A stretch of 64,000 nucleotides of DNA from a virus (taxonomy: Duplodnaviria > Caudoviricetes), in the IMG/VR virus record IMGVR_UViG_2751185632_000005, positions 25,472 through 89,471 of that record; one strand, 5' to 3'. The notes under the pieces are model-generated. The model was not told the origin of the DNA. It made no database searches and was given only the letters and a program-made list of their open reading frames with translations. A program made the position numbers and the translations under genes. Shown here in pieces: positions 1 through 9,137 of this stretch (position 1 is its first letter; the number at the start of each line of letters is the position of its first letter).

Positions 1-805
1 TCGACTTGACCGCCTCGACGCGAAACAGGTCGCCATTGTTGACGCGCACCTGGCGGTCGTTCTTCAAGCAAATCACCGGCTCGCCTGTCTGAGGCATGGC
101 GCCGGCGGCTATACCGGCCTTTTTTCTGATCCAGTCGTTGAAGCTCCGCCGGGTGGCGTTCCGACCGACCAAGACGATATCGGCATCGGTGGCGACGGAC
201 CGATCGAAGCCGGACTTTCGAACCACCGAAAGGTTAGGGTGGTCGACTTCGGCACGATTCCATTCGCCTTGGCGGATGCTCGTCGCCAGCTTCAGGATGG
301 GGCTGTCGGCTGCCTGCCGGTGGACCTCAGTCAGCATGTAGTCCGGGCCGCGGCTGGTGAAGAAGCCGGCGCCGCTCGGCGGCGGGAGCTGCGCGGGGTC
401 GCCGAGCACCAGGACCGGGATGCCGAAGCTGAGAAGATCCTTCCCCAGATCCTCGTTCACCATGCTGACCTCGTCGACGATGATGAGGCTGTAGTCGCGG
501 AGTTCTTCCGGCGACTTCAGAATGAGCGACACCTCCCCTGTCTCCAAGTCGACTTCCGCGTGGTAGATCAGGCTGTGGATGGTCTTGGCGTCGGCGCAGC
601 TCTTATTGCGCATCACGCGCGCCGCCTTTCCGGTAAAGGCGGCGAACGCCACCTTGCCGCGAGCATGCTGCGCAAGGTGCATGGCGAGCGTGGTCTTGCC
701 CGTTCCTGCGTATCCAGCCAGATAGAACGTCGGCGAATACTTCATCCGCATCCACGCGCCGGCGGTCGACAGCGCCTCGTTCTGCTGTGGGGACCAGGTC
801 GTCAT
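1..805 (-). CDS. RecD/Dda-like SF1 ATP-dependent helicase (3' end runs off the window)
   Basis: Manual translation from ATG at 805: MTTWSPQQNEAL...LAGYAGTGKTT (Walker A), IIVDEVSMV (Walker B), LGDPAQLPP, LTEVHRQA. Not in the ORF track because the stop is outside the window. Confidence 0.9.
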   Translation of the reverse strand, partial: MTTWSPQQNEALSTAGAWMRMKYSPTFYLAGYAGTGKTTLAMHLAQHARGKVAFAAFTGKAARVMRNKSCADAKTIHSLIYHAEVDLETGEVSLILKSPEELRDYSLIIVDEVSMVNEDLGKDLLSFGIPVLVLGDPAQLPPPSGAGFFTSRGPDYMLTEVHRQAADSPILKLATSIRQGEWNRAEVDHPNLSVVRKSGFDRSVATDADIVLVGRNATRRSFNDWIRKKAGIAAGAMPQTGEPVICLKNDRQVRVNNGDLFRVEAVKS

Positions 806-1083
806 GCGCCGCCCTCGGTGTCGATCGCAACGAGGTACGCGGCGTCCTTGGCGACTTGAGCCGAGGATTGGGCGGTGCCGATGTGGGCGGCGATATCGGC
901 CAGCAGGCGCTTGGCGTCGAGTTCCTGCATCCGCGCGCTGGAAACGTCGTTCCAGAGCTTCTCGACGGCGGCCGTCAAATGGTCGGCAAGGTCTCCTACC
1001 TGCCCGGTGACGTTGTCAGCGGCGGCCAGCACCTCGATAATGTCGTGCCGGAGGGACGCCCGGAGCAACGGGTCCAGCATCAT
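802..1083 (-). CDS. Hypothetical phage protein
   Basis: 93 aa ORF with ATGA overlap with the helicase start. Confidence 0.65.
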   Translation of the reverse strand: MMLDPLLRASLRHDIIEVLAAADNVTGQVGDLADHLTAAVEKLWNDVSSARMQELDAKRLLADIAAHIGTAQSSAQVAKDAAYLVAIDTEGGA

Positions 1084-1127
1084 TGATCTCCATGGTTCGC
1101 ATACTTGCGGAGCGGAGGATTTGCGGC

Positions 1128-1361
1128 TTACGCCGGCGGGCTCTTCCGGTAGCCCGAAATCAGTGTCTCGATGGCGATTGCCTCGCCGACGTTTCCTACC
1201 TTCCAGAAACCGGCGACTGTCCTCCCGTTGACCAGAATTGGCGTCCAGAGGTAGCGCGTTCCGTCAGGGGCGCAGATCTCATCCCGACCGAACTCAAGCC
1301 ACTGGCCGTCCAGTGGGCCGCCAACGGCCGGCCCTATCAGTCGGGAGCGACCGGAGATCAT
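1128..1361 (-). CDS. Hypothetical phage protein
   Basis: MISGRSRLIGPAVGGPLDGQW...; ATGA overlap with the upstream gene. Confidence 0.55.
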   Translation of the reverse strand: MISGRSRLIGPAVGGPLDGQWLEFGRDEICAPDGTRYLWTPILVNGRTVAGFWKVGNVGEAIAIETLISGYRKSPPA

Positions 1362-1615
1362 GCGTTTCGGCTCTCCCACTTCGGCAGATCGAGCGCGACC
1401 TCGAAATCGGTCAGAATGCGGTCCCTCTTGAGCCGGCCGGCGCGGATATCCTCCAGGGTCGTGAACGAGTAGCCGGCGCGGAACGCCACGGATTCGCACG
1501 TGACATTGAGTTCGTCGATCCGGCGCATAATCCGGTCGTGCCGTGGTGGGATGTCGCCTCGCCGGCCGACTGAGCGCGCCTTGTTCGAACGCGGGACGAG
1601 GGGAGGATGGGGCAT
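1358..1615 (-). CDS. Hypothetical protein, possible HTH
   Basis: Coupled in the operon; ESVAFRAGYSFTTLEDIRAG resembles an XRE helix-turn-helix. Confidence 0.55.
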   Translation of the reverse strand: MPHPPLVPRSNKARSVGRRGDIPPRHDRIMRRIDELNVTCESVAFRAGYSFTTLEDIRAGRLKRDRILTDFEVALDLPKWESRNA

Positions 1616-2052
1616 CAGGGTCTACGCTCCTTTTTGCTGGTGCCGAACGGTCTGCTCGACCATTTGCTCTTGGGCTTCGGCTCGGTGCCGGGCTCCTTGG
1701 CGAGCAGCCGGCGGCGGAATTCTTCCTGGCTCTCGGCGAGCCTCCTGGTTCTAGCGATCTCGGTGACGTCGCCCTGGGCCTTCGCCTTGGTGGCACCGCC
1801 GGTTGTCTTGCGGCGGTGGTCTTCCCGGCGCCGCGGCACGATGTGTGCCGGGTCATTCGCCGACGGCTCGGTATCGCCCTTCTCGGGCACCCAGACCCGC
1901 ATTTGGATCGGCGGATCGTGATCCCAATCCACCGTTTCCAGCGTCAGACCGAGGGCGCGCAACGCCGCCTCGAGCTTCACCTTCAGTGGCATGTGAGGGC
2001 GGTAGCCCTGGGGCGGAGCCGGCGCCGGCTTGGATGGGGCGATCTTGGTCAT
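1615..2052 (-). CDS. HNH-like endonuclease domain protein
   Basis: DWDHDPP...ANDPAHI...EDHRRKT pattern. Confidence 0.55.
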   Translation of the reverse strand: MTKIAPSKPAPAPPQGYRPHMPLKVKLEAALRALGLTLETVDWDHDPPIQMRVWVPEKGDTEPSANDPAHIVPRRREDHRRKTTGGATKAKAQGDVTEIARTRRLAESQEEFRRRLLAKEPGTEPKPKSKWSSRPFGTSKKERRP

Positions 2053-2402
2053 AGGCGGTCGATCTCGTAGACCTTGACGCCGGCCTCGCGCGCCTTGTGG
2101 ATCAGATCATCGACGTCCCAACCGCCAGGGAAGGCGATGACGAGATTAGGCCGCCCTTCCTCGAGCATCTTGGTGTTCAGTATGGGAACGGCGGTCTTGC
2201 CATACGTGGTCGACTCCGCTCGGAAGAGGACAGCCTCAATGCCGTGAAGTCCCGCCCATCCACCGGCGATGCTTTCGGCGCCCTTGGCGTCGCTGTGGAT
2301 CAGCACGGTCATGCCGAGGTTCTTCACTGCACGGTCGAGCACGAGGAAGACCCGGTCGGCGTTTTGGTATTTCGTGCCGCCACGGACGAGAATTCTGGTC
2401 AT
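2049..2402 (-). CDS. SLOG-family (DUF2493/YspA-like) protein
   Basis: RILVRGG, LIHSDAKGAE, NTKMLEEGRPNLVIAFPGG motifs. Confidence 0.8.
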   Translation of the reverse strand: MTRILVRGGTKYQNADRVFLVLDRAVKNLGMTVLIHSDAKGAESIAGGWAGLHGIEAVLFRAESTTYGKTAVPILNTKMLEEGRPNLVIAFPGGWDVDDLIHKAREAGVKVYEIDRL

Positions 2403-2575
2403 CCTGCTCCCCCGTTCAATTGCCGCCGTGACGGTCGGGCCAAGACCTTGTCTTGGATCAGATGGACCGCGTGACGAACTTCGGTCGCATCGTCTGGGTG
2501 TTCGACGGGCAGAGCACAGAAGGTGTTCCAGAGTACAATCGTAGCGTCGATGACTGCCTTCTCTTGTTCGGTCAT
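2399..2575 (-). CDS. Hypothetical phage protein
   Basis: MTEQEKAVID...; ATGA overlaps on both sides. Confidence 0.6.
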   Translation of the reverse strand: MTEQEKAVIDATIVLWNTFCALPVEHPDDATEVRHAVHLIQDKVLARPSRRQLNGGAG

Positions 2576-2931
2576 CCGATCCCTCCCGCCGCCTCGATGG
2601 CAGCGCGCTTGCAGCGCTCCCATACCCGCATGCACTGTGCTCCTTTCCGGTTCAGTCGATCCGCCGCCTCGCAGAAGCGATCAATGATCGCTCGATCGAT
2701 GCCGCCATGATGCGACCGAGCGCATGCCATCCCTTCTCTCTCGACGGCCTCGCACTTGATCTTCGCGGCGACATAGGCGGCTTCGGTCCGCGACTTGAGC
2801 CGCCGCAGCTTCCTCGTGACGGCGCGCCAGTGCCTGGCACAGATCCATTCATGGGGGAGTTCGGTCTCGTCCTTGTGGAGACCGCGAGTGTGCTTGCAGA
2901 ACGGGACGCAGCAGGAGATGCGATCGGTCAT
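2572..2931 (-). CDS. Hypothetical Cys/His-containing phage protein
   Basis: CCVPFCKHT...WICARHW, possible Zn site; operon coupling. Confidence 0.65.
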   Translation of the reverse strand: MTDRISCCVPFCKHTRGLHKDETELPHEWICARHWRAVTRKLRRLKSRTEAAYVAAKIKCEAVEREGMACARSHHGGIDRAIIDRFCEAADRLNRKGAQCMRVWERCKRAAIEAAGGIG

Positions 2932-2934
2932 CGC

Positions 2935-3246
2935 TCACGCGCTCCCTTCAGGCTTCACGTGCTTCATCTCGTAGGCGCGGATGAAGTCGGCTAACTCGCG
3001 CTCGATCAGATCGAGCTTGCGGAGATCGGCATCGGTAGGCTCTTCGCCATCGTCGAACACGCACATCAATGACGCGAAGAGGTGCTGAGCGCCGGCGAAG
3101 AATGCCGCCCGCATTTCTTCAAGCTGTGCCGCCGGGGTGTTGAGCGGGATTGCAGCGAGACGGAGCCCGTTCCAGCCGGCCTCAACGAGCTTGCCCTGAT
3201 CGACAAGTTCCTTGGTAATCCGTTCGAGGTGGGCGCGGTCAGCCAT
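2935..3246 (-). CDS. Conserved hypothetical phage protein
   Basis: MADRAHLERIT...QLEEMRAAFFAGAQHLF. Confidence 0.7.
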   Translation of the reverse strand: MADRAHLERITKELVDQGKLVEAGWNGLRLAAIPLNTPAAQLEEMRAAFFAGAQHLFASLMCVFDDGEEPTDADLRKLDLIERELADFIRAYEMKHVKPEGSA

Positions 3247-3592
3247 GGGAGACGTCTCCGAATTCGGTCGGCAGTTCCGGCTCGTCATCTGGAAGGCGGC
3301 CCTTGATGGCCTTGCGGCTGATGGTGGTCGACTTGTCGGCGCCGTCCGGCTTAATCCACACCTCGTCGTCCGTGGCGCCGAGAACGGTGGCGTAGGCGCA
3401 CTCAGCGTCAGACAGGCTGATCCGATCGCCCACCGAGAGGTTGAAGGTGTTGACATCTACGGAGTCGACGGGGACAGCCCAAACCGATACCCGACCGGAG
3501 ACTGTCTCTAGATTGATGACATCCCCAGCAGTTGAGAATCCTGTAACTTTTGCCGGCAGGTGGACAATGTCGCCCCTTTTCAGGATCTGCAT
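3239..3592 (-). CDS. Hypothetical phage protein
   Basis: 117 aa ORF with RBS GGAGA, in operon. Confidence 0.65.
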   Translation of the reverse strand: MQILKRGDIVHLPAKVTGFSTAGDVINLETVSGRVSVWAVPVDSVDVNTFNLSVGDRISLSDAECAYATVLGATDDEVWIKPDGADKSTTISRKAIKGRLPDDEPELPTEFGDVSHG

Positions 3593-3601
3593 GGCGGTCT
3601 C

Positions 3602-4330
3602 CTAAGCGAACGGGTAGGGGGTGGCATCCTGGCGCCGCTGGCGGAGATGGTGCCGAGCGGTGTTCATGACCTCGTCGTCGAAGTCCTTCTTCAGAATCCA
3701 TTCGAGGTAGCCGGCGTCCATGTCGGCCCAGAGCTGGCCCTCGTATTTTCCGAAGGGCACGCGCTTCTGAAGGATCGGCAGCCTGGACAGCACGGTGAGG
3801 TCGCGGGTCGAGTTCTCCACCAACATGTGGCGGACGATACCGGCCGTGACGTAGGAGTCCGGGCCGGCCCGGTGCGGCGGCATGGCGAGCACCGGCCACT
3901 CGAACCCCTCGTCGATGCCGAGGATGTAGCGGAGCGTCTGGTTGGAATAGCCCGGCAGGTCGTCGTAGAGGTGCTTGGCCGCCACGTAGGTGCAGATCCA
4001 CTCGTGCGTCCCGCCGGGGAAGAAGGTCTGTTCGAAGGAGGCGCGGTGGGCGGCGAACAGGTCGCCCGGTTCCATGCCCGCCATCAGCAGGGCGCGGGCC
4101 TCCGCCGGCGACATGGCGCCGGCCACATCGGCGTCCGAGATATGGTGGATGGCTCGCGCTTCCGGCGGGATCGGCATGCCGGGGTCGACGTAATGCCAAG
4201 TGGGCATGGAGACATAGCGCGTTTCCGCGTCGACATCGGTGTAGCCGATCTCGCAGATCTCCACCCTCTTGCCCGCCTTCAGGTCCTTGTCGGTTCCGGT
4301 CGTTTCAAGGTCGATGATCCTGATTTTCAT
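3602..4330 (-). CDS. DnaQ-family 3'-5' exonuclease (exonuclease X-like)
   Basis: IIDLETTG (ExoI), AAHRASFE, HRAGPDSYVT (ExoIII), C-terminal PFGKYEG...YLEW domain. Confidence 0.88.
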   Translation of the reverse strand: MKIRIIDLETTGTDKDLKAGKRVEICEIGYTDVDAETRYVSMPTWHYVDPGMPIPPEARAIHHISDADVAGAMSPAEARALLMAGMEPGDLFAAHRASFEQTFFPGGTHEWICTYVAAKHLYDDLPGYSNQTLRYILGIDEGFEWPVLAMPPHRAGPDSYVTAGIVRHMLVENSTRDLTVLSRLPILQKRVPFGKYEGQLWADMDAGYLEWILKKDFDDEVMNTARHHLRQRRQDATPYPFA

Positions 4331-4338
4331 GGCGGACC

Positions 4339-5577
4339 TCACTGGTACTTGCCGACGTTGAGGCGTTCGACGTCGAGCTTGGCGGCCAGCTTCTGCGAGA
4401 AGGTCATGTGGTCGGGAGCCCACGACATGCCACGCGCCTCCCGCTGAAGGCACCAGTCGACCATGGAGATGACGATGCGCAGGGCCTCATGCAGGTGCTC
4501 AGGCATGTTCGCCTTCTTCTCAGGGGCGATGGCTTTCAGGATCCCGCGCCGGTCCTCGACAGAACAGCCGGGTTCATTGGCGATCGCCAGCACCTTCCCG
4601 AAGGACTCGGCAACAGCGACCGTCTCGTCGGCATCGGTCGTCATGACGTCAGGAACGGCGGGAGCGTCTTCCAGGTATTTCTGGCGCTTGACGGGCTCCT
4701 GGCTGGTCTTCTGAACCGGCTGGTCGTCCGTTCGGACGGAGGCCATCACACGGGCATCCTGGCGCTCCGTGGCGGCCATCTCGATCGTCTGGGTCCGCTG
4801 GTGCTCGATGGCTTGCGTCGGCTCCTTGCGGCCTTCCAGTGCCGCGCCGCCGGCAAATGGATCGACGCGCTCGGCTTGGGCCGTCTGGCGGAAGTCGAAC
4901 ATGTCGTCCTGGCGCTCGATCAGCGCGCGGATCTTGTCGTTGTTGATCGGGACATACTTCGAGCCACGGCGGAGCACGGCCTTGCGGCACATTTCATTCC
5001 ACCACTTTTTCCACGCCGGGCTCTCCGGTGCCTTAGAAGCCTGTCGGACCTTTTCGAAGTCCTCGAGCGACATGGTTTCTAGATGCATCACCCGCTTCTG
5101 GTCGTCGCGGAAGATGGCATAGCCGCCGACGACGGCGCCACGCCGATCCGGCTTCGCGAACGGGTCTGATTTGTGCACCAGCGAGTCCGGGTCGGCCTCG
5201 TTGAGGATGAACTCGTCGTTTTCGTGCACCAATTTGCACATGATAGAGAAGACGCCGCCAAGTTCCTTCACCCGCTTGATGATGCCGTGCACCATCGGTT
5301 GGTAGTTCGCGAGCAAAGCCTTCTCCTTGCTGTCCCAATAGGGCAGCAGCACTGCCTCCTTGGAGTCGGGAACGAGCCCGTCCGCGGCACATTTGGAGAT
5401 CTCGCGACGCAGGCTGTCGGGAGTACACTCAAGGAGCTTCGGTTCCTGGAGAACCGCGATCTTGAAGGTGGAGAGCAGCCGGTCGAAAGACTGCCCGTTC
5501 TCGGCGAGAAGGGGGGCGATGTCGCCGCGGATCTCGTCGAAGATGGCGAGGGCGTTAGCGGGCTGCGGGCTGCTCAT
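4339..5577 (-). CDS. recT: RecT-family single-strand annealing recombinase
   Basis: KCAADGLVPDSKEAVLLPY...YQPMVHG...EMCRKAVLRRGSKYVP. Confidence 0.88.
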   Translation of the reverse strand: MSSPQPANALAIFDEIRGDIAPLLAENGQSFDRLLSTFKIAVLQEPKLLECTPDSLRREISKCAADGLVPDSKEAVLLPYWDSKEKALLANYQPMVHGIIKRVKELGGVFSIMCKLVHENDEFILNEADPDSLVHKSDPFAKPDRRGAVVGGYAIFRDDQKRVMHLETMSLEDFEKVRQASKAPESPAWKKWWNEMCRKAVLRRGSKYVPINNDKIRALIERQDDMFDFRQTAQAERVDPFAGGAALEGRKEPTQAIEHQRTQTIEMAATERQDARVMASVRTDDQPVQKTSQEPVKRQKYLEDAPAVPDVMTTDADETVAVAESFGKVLAIANEPGCSVEDRRGILKAIAPEKKANMPEHLHEALRIVISMVDWCLQREARGMSWAPDHMTFSQKLAAKLDVERLNVGKYQ

Positions 5578-6727
5578 AGGAAAGGCCTCGGTTGTAGGTG
5601 GGGAACATGGAAGCGTTGAGCCGGAGGGGAACCTTCGGCGGCGGCGTCCAGAGCTGGTCGAGGCCAAACTGGTCGACATAGGACCGGTAGACGTCGAGGG
5701 TGTCGTCAATGATGCGGTCGGCGTGGACGATGACCGGATCCGGATGCGTTTCGACCGATCCGTCCTCGCCTACGTAGGAGACGTCGCCGCCGATGGATGC
5801 GACGACCGGGGTCATGCCGGCGTCGCGCCGGATCATGACCCAGACCCAATCGACCTCATCGGCGCCGAAGAAGGATTCGACGTAGCCGCTCTGTGGTGCG
5901 TCGCCAAAGACCAGCCCTTCGGCGAGAAGGCGCTTGGCGGCGCGAAACGCACGAAGGTACCAAGCTGACTGCACGTCGTAGGCGAACTCGTAGAGCTTGG
6001 AAACGGCCGCCTCCTCGTCGCTGCCACTCCGGAATGTGGTGAAGCTCTTGAGGTCGACGACTAGGCTCTTGGTGCGTGCGCCGGCGGGGGCGAGGCTATA
6101 GTCGAAGCGCGCCTTCCGCCGGATGCCGTTCTCCGTGTAGAAGACGGACATCTCGGCGGCGCCGTCGATCAGCGCACCAGCCTGCATGACGGCCGCCAGC
6201 GTCGGGTCGCGCAGCATGTTCGAGACGGCGTCCTCGATCTCCTGCACCTGACGCGGGGTGAGCTCGACAAAGTCGGGGTGCTCGACTCTCCAGGCCGCAA
6301 GCAGGTCATCGAAAATCGGCGGGCAGTCTTCGCAGGCCTTGGCGCGGGCGACGAGTTCTGACTTGACGCCGGTAAGCCGCTGCCCGTTCTGGCGGAGGAA
6401 GTCCTTCACGTCGTCGGACGTCACGAGGCAGCCAGGAAAGTCCTCAGGCCTTGGTGGCCGGGCGTAGCGGGAATCGAACGCCGCTTTGCCCTCGAGGACG
6501 CGGCAGTGCCAGGCGCGACCCCAAGTCAGGTACTCGGTTTCGATCTCCTTGCGTGGGCGCAAACGGTTGTATTGCCAAAGGCAGGGCTTGCTGGCGAGAT
6601 CGATGATGGATGTCGAGCCGAGCGCATCATCAGCATGGTAGATCTTCTCCGACAGGCCGAAGTAGATGCCATCCGGTAGGTGATAGACGCCGTTCTCGTC
6701 AGGCTTGAAGTCGATGGGTGCGGGCAT
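5555..6727 (-). CDS. RecE/exonuclease VIII-like PD-(D/E)XK nuclease (DUF3799-like)
   Basis: YHADDALGSTS, WGRAWHCRVLE, KARFDY...VVDLKS...YDVQSAWY; directly upstream of RecT. Confidence 0.82.
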   Translation of the reverse strand: MPAPIDFKPDENGVYHLPDGIYFGLSEKIYHADDALGSTSIIDLASKPCLWQYNRLRPRKEIETEYLTWGRAWHCRVLEGKAAFDSRYARPPRPEDFPGCLVTSDDVKDFLRQNGQRLTGVKSELVARAKACEDCPPIFDDLLAAWRVEHPDFVELTPRQVQEIEDAVSNMLRDPTLAAVMQAGALIDGAAEMSVFYTENGIRRKARFDYSLAPAGARTKSLVVDLKSFTTFRSGSDEEAAVSKLYEFAYDVQSAWYLRAFRAAKRLLAEGLVFGDAPQSGYVESFFGADEVDWVWVMIRRDAGMTPVVASIGGDVSYVGEDGSVETHPDPVIVHADRIIDDTLDVYRSYVDQFGLDQLWTPPPKVPLRLNASMFPTYNRGLSYEQPAAR

Positions 6728-6742
6728 TTCTTCCTCCCTCGC

Positions 6743-6943
6743 TCAAGCCAGAACGGCAAGGGTGATCGAGGCGGCGACCAGCGTGAGGACGGCGATGATG
6801 CTGCCTCCCAGGCTCTCCACTTCGAGCGGGGTCATGTCCGAGAATTGCTTCGTCGGACCCATCTGCCGGCCGATCGAGACCGAGAGCACGACCGAACCGA
6901 AGGCGGCGGCAATGCTGCAGAGGATGAGGGCGATGGTCGTCAT
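6743..6943 (-). CDS. Small two-TM membrane protein
   Basis: MTTIALILCSIAAAFGSVVLSV...GSIIAVLTLVAASITLAVLA. Confidence 0.6.
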   Translation of the reverse strand: MTTIALILCSIAAAFGSVVLSVSIGRQMGPTKQFSDMTPLEVESLGGSIIAVLTLVAASITLAVLA

Positions 6944-7182
6944 CCCATGGCCTCCGTGGTCTTGAATGTGGGCGGCGTCTGCCCCTCCTTGATGAGGGAC
7001 TGCGGGTGACATGGAACGGGGAACCTGGCGCCGTCGAACTGCACCTGGACGTAATGGGCGCAGCCGCTGTTCTCGTCGACCACGGCGCCATGCTTCTGCG
7101 TTTCATCGTGCATGACGCGGTCGCCGAATTTGAAATCGAGCCCGTAGTGCTCGCGAATGTAGCGGTAGGACATGGCGCTCAC
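6940..7182 (-). CDS. Conserved hypothetical phage protein (SH3-like)
   Basis: YRYIREHYGLDFKFGDRV...CHPQSL. Confidence 0.7.
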   Translation of the reverse strand: MSAMSYRYIREHYGLDFKFGDRVMHDETQKHGAVVDENSGCAHYVQVQFDGARFPVPCHPQSLIKEGQTPPTFKTTEAMG

Positions 7183-8486
7183 TCCGCAGCTTCGGCGGCC
7201 GCCGGAGTGGCGACGTGTCCGTCTTCAATGACGATGGCGGCTTGCCGGCCGGACTGGACCGTCTCGACCCACACCTGCAGTCCGTTGGCCTCGGCATAGC
7301 TGGCGAGGGCGGCCATGGAGTCGTCGTCCAGAAGCGATCCATCGCGCACTCGGATAACGCGAAGGCGGGGGTTCATGGCCCCGGCGACGGCGATAGAGAC
7401 ACGCAACTGCTCGGCATCGGAAGCCTGATCGAACGGCACGCCGTTGAGCAGGACGCCGTCCTCGCTGAGTTCCAGCCCCTCTACCGGGAGATCGGCGTCC
7501 CGAACCGCCTTGGCGGCAGCGGCCTTGCGGGCGGCGATGCGCCCGGTCAGACTGGCGCTCTCCTCTGTCTTGGCGCGAAGCTCGGCGTTCAGCGTCTGCC
7601 GCTGCTTCTTCAGTTCGACGCTCCGATTGATCATCTCGGATTCGGCGATCCTCAGGCGCACGTCTGTGGTGTCGATCTGGGCCGGAGCCAAGCCGAGGTC
7701 GTCGATAAGATCGCGGTGTTCCTCGATGCCGAGCTCCCGTGCAGCGATATTTTTCTCGATGTTGGCGATTTCCGCTTGCAAGCGGGCGATATCGAATCGT
7801 CCGCGCTGGATCTCTTCCTCGAGAGTGGCGATGGCCGCCGTGTGTGAATTGACCTTCTCGGCATGGCGGCGGGCTGCCTCGTTGGCATCGAGATCCTTCT
7901 GCAGCTCCTCCATCAGCGCCGCGAGGTCGACGCGCTCGTCGGGGGTGCCGTCCGGAAGGGTGATCGCTTCGACGCGAACCTGAAGGTCTCGGATCGTGCG
8001 GTTCACTTCCGTGCGCGCTTCGAAGTCTTTCTTGTTGAGGCGATCGGCGTCGGCGAAGTCGTAGCCTGGGACCAGAGCCCGCAACGCGACGACTTGGTCG
8101 AGCGGCTTCATCCGTGAGAAGTCGAGGGGGTCGAAGGCGAGATCGCCGACCAACGCGTTGAGCAGCTTCTGAGGGTCGCTGTATTTGGCGCCGTCCTTGT
8201 TGGCGACGGTGAGCGAGGTCGTGTACTCGCCGTCATCCCGAACGCGGAACTTGCGGGTCACGACATACTCGCCGAGATCGATCGTTACCGATCCGCTGTC
8301 GGCGCCGTTGCGCACGGGTTTGTCCTGGATGGGCTTGGTGCCGGCCAGCGCCCAATAGATGGCGTCGAGCACAGAGGTCTTGCCCTGGCCGTTCTTGCCT
8401 GTGATCTCGACGAGATTGCCGTTCGGGGCGATCTCCACGGCGGACAAGCGTTTGATGTTCTCGGCATTGAGCCGGACGATGTGCAT
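7179..8486 (-). CDS. SMC/Rad50-like coiled-coil ATPase
   Basis: AENIKRL, Walker A GKNGQGKTS, long coiled coil, C-terminal ASDAEQ...RDGSLLD. Confidence 0.85.
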   Translation of the reverse strand: MHIVRLNAENIKRLSAVEIAPNGNLVEITGKNGQGKTSVLDAIYWALAGTKPIQDKPVRNGADSGSVTIDLGEYVVTRKFRVRDDGEYTTSLTVANKDGAKYSDPQKLLNALVGDLAFDPLDFSRMKPLDQVVALRALVPGYDFADADRLNKKDFEARTEVNRTIRDLQVRVEAITLPDGTPDERVDLAALMEELQKDLDANEAARRHAEKVNSHTAAIATLEEEIQRGRFDIARLQAEIANIEKNIAARELGIEEHRDLIDDLGLAPAQIDTTDVRLRIAESEMINRSVELKKQRQTLNAELRAKTEESASLTGRIAARKAAAAKAVRDADLPVEGLELSEDGVLLNGVPFDQASDAEQLRVSIAVAGAMNPRLRVIRVRDGSLLDDDSMAALASYAEANGLQVWVETVQSGRQAAIVIEDGHVATPAAAEAAE

Positions 8487-8519
8487 GGCTGCACGGCCAT
8501 AGGCCGCCCTCTGGTTTGG

Positions 8520-8687
8520 TTAGGTCTGATAGCCAAGGGCGCGGGCAAGAGATGAGCACATCGCCCAAATCACGGCGTCCTGCTGTTCGTCAGAGAGGCG
8601 GTCACCTCGCCGCCAAGCGTCGAGCGCTTCGCGGGTTTGGTTCTGCGATGTCGCTTCCTGCCTTGTCGTGCGGGTCGAAGCGGTCAT
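8520..8687 (-). CDS. First gene of the leftward early operon, hypothetical
   Basis: GGAGG RBS 5 nt before ATG at 8687, just downstream of the predicted pL. Confidence 0.55.
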   Translation of the reverse strand: MTASTRTTRQEATSQNQTREALDAWRRGDRLSDEQQDAVIWAMCSSLARALGYQT

Positions 8688-8706
8688 CGGTGCCTCCATG
8701 GCGCGA

Positions 8707-8735
8707 TTAGTACGCTGTGTACAAATCGCCGTCAA
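8707..8735 (-). promoter_or_regulatory. pL-like sigma70 promoter
   Basis: TTGACG-N17-TACTAA on the minus strand, overlapped by an operator. Confidence 0.75.
8710..8722. promoter_or_regulatory. Putative repressor operator OL1
   Basis: GTAC-GCTGT-GTAC. Confidence 0.7.
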
Positions 8736-8743
8736 GGGGATTC

Positions 8744-8756
8744 GTACACGGTGTAT
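8744..8756. promoter_or_regulatory. Putative repressor operator OL2
   Basis: GTAC-ACGGT-GTAT. Confidence 0.6.
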
Positions 8757-8787
8757 TGACGGCTGATCAGGAGAGGGCGTAGAAGCG

Positions 8788-8816
8788 AAAAGCCCCAGGC
8801 GGGAACCTGGGGCTTT
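8788..8816 (-). terminator. Rho-independent terminator downstream of cI
   Basis: AAAGCCCCAGG-loop-CCTGGGGCTTT stem followed by TTTTCGCTTCT on the minus strand. Confidence 0.75.
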
Positions 8817-9137
8817 GGATGGAGAGCGGTCGGTAGAGACGGTGGCGCTCTCGCCTCATTGCTGAGGTCTTTTCTATACCATCGGGCGCAGGAAGATAGA
8901 AGCCCCACTCCGAAAGTCCGAAGGGGTTCCTGCCGTGGCCTTACCAGAGGCGACGAAAAAGTGCGGACAACTGGCGACGCTGGTGTCGAGCGCCGGGGAT
9001 GGGTGACGGGCGGCTCCGCCGAGCATGTCATCCGGCATAGGGGCTAACCCTGGATGCTCGCGAGCACAGGGCTTAGTCCTCCTATGTCCGGGCTCAGGGC
9101 TCACCACCGAGCACGAGAGGAGATTCTTCCCTGAATC

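Noticed and set aside
8820-9130. ORFs 8732-9031, 8874-9107 and 8859-9047 between cI and pL
   Set aside because: No consistent RBS and codon signal, and they overlap the terminator or promoter; treated as intergenic.
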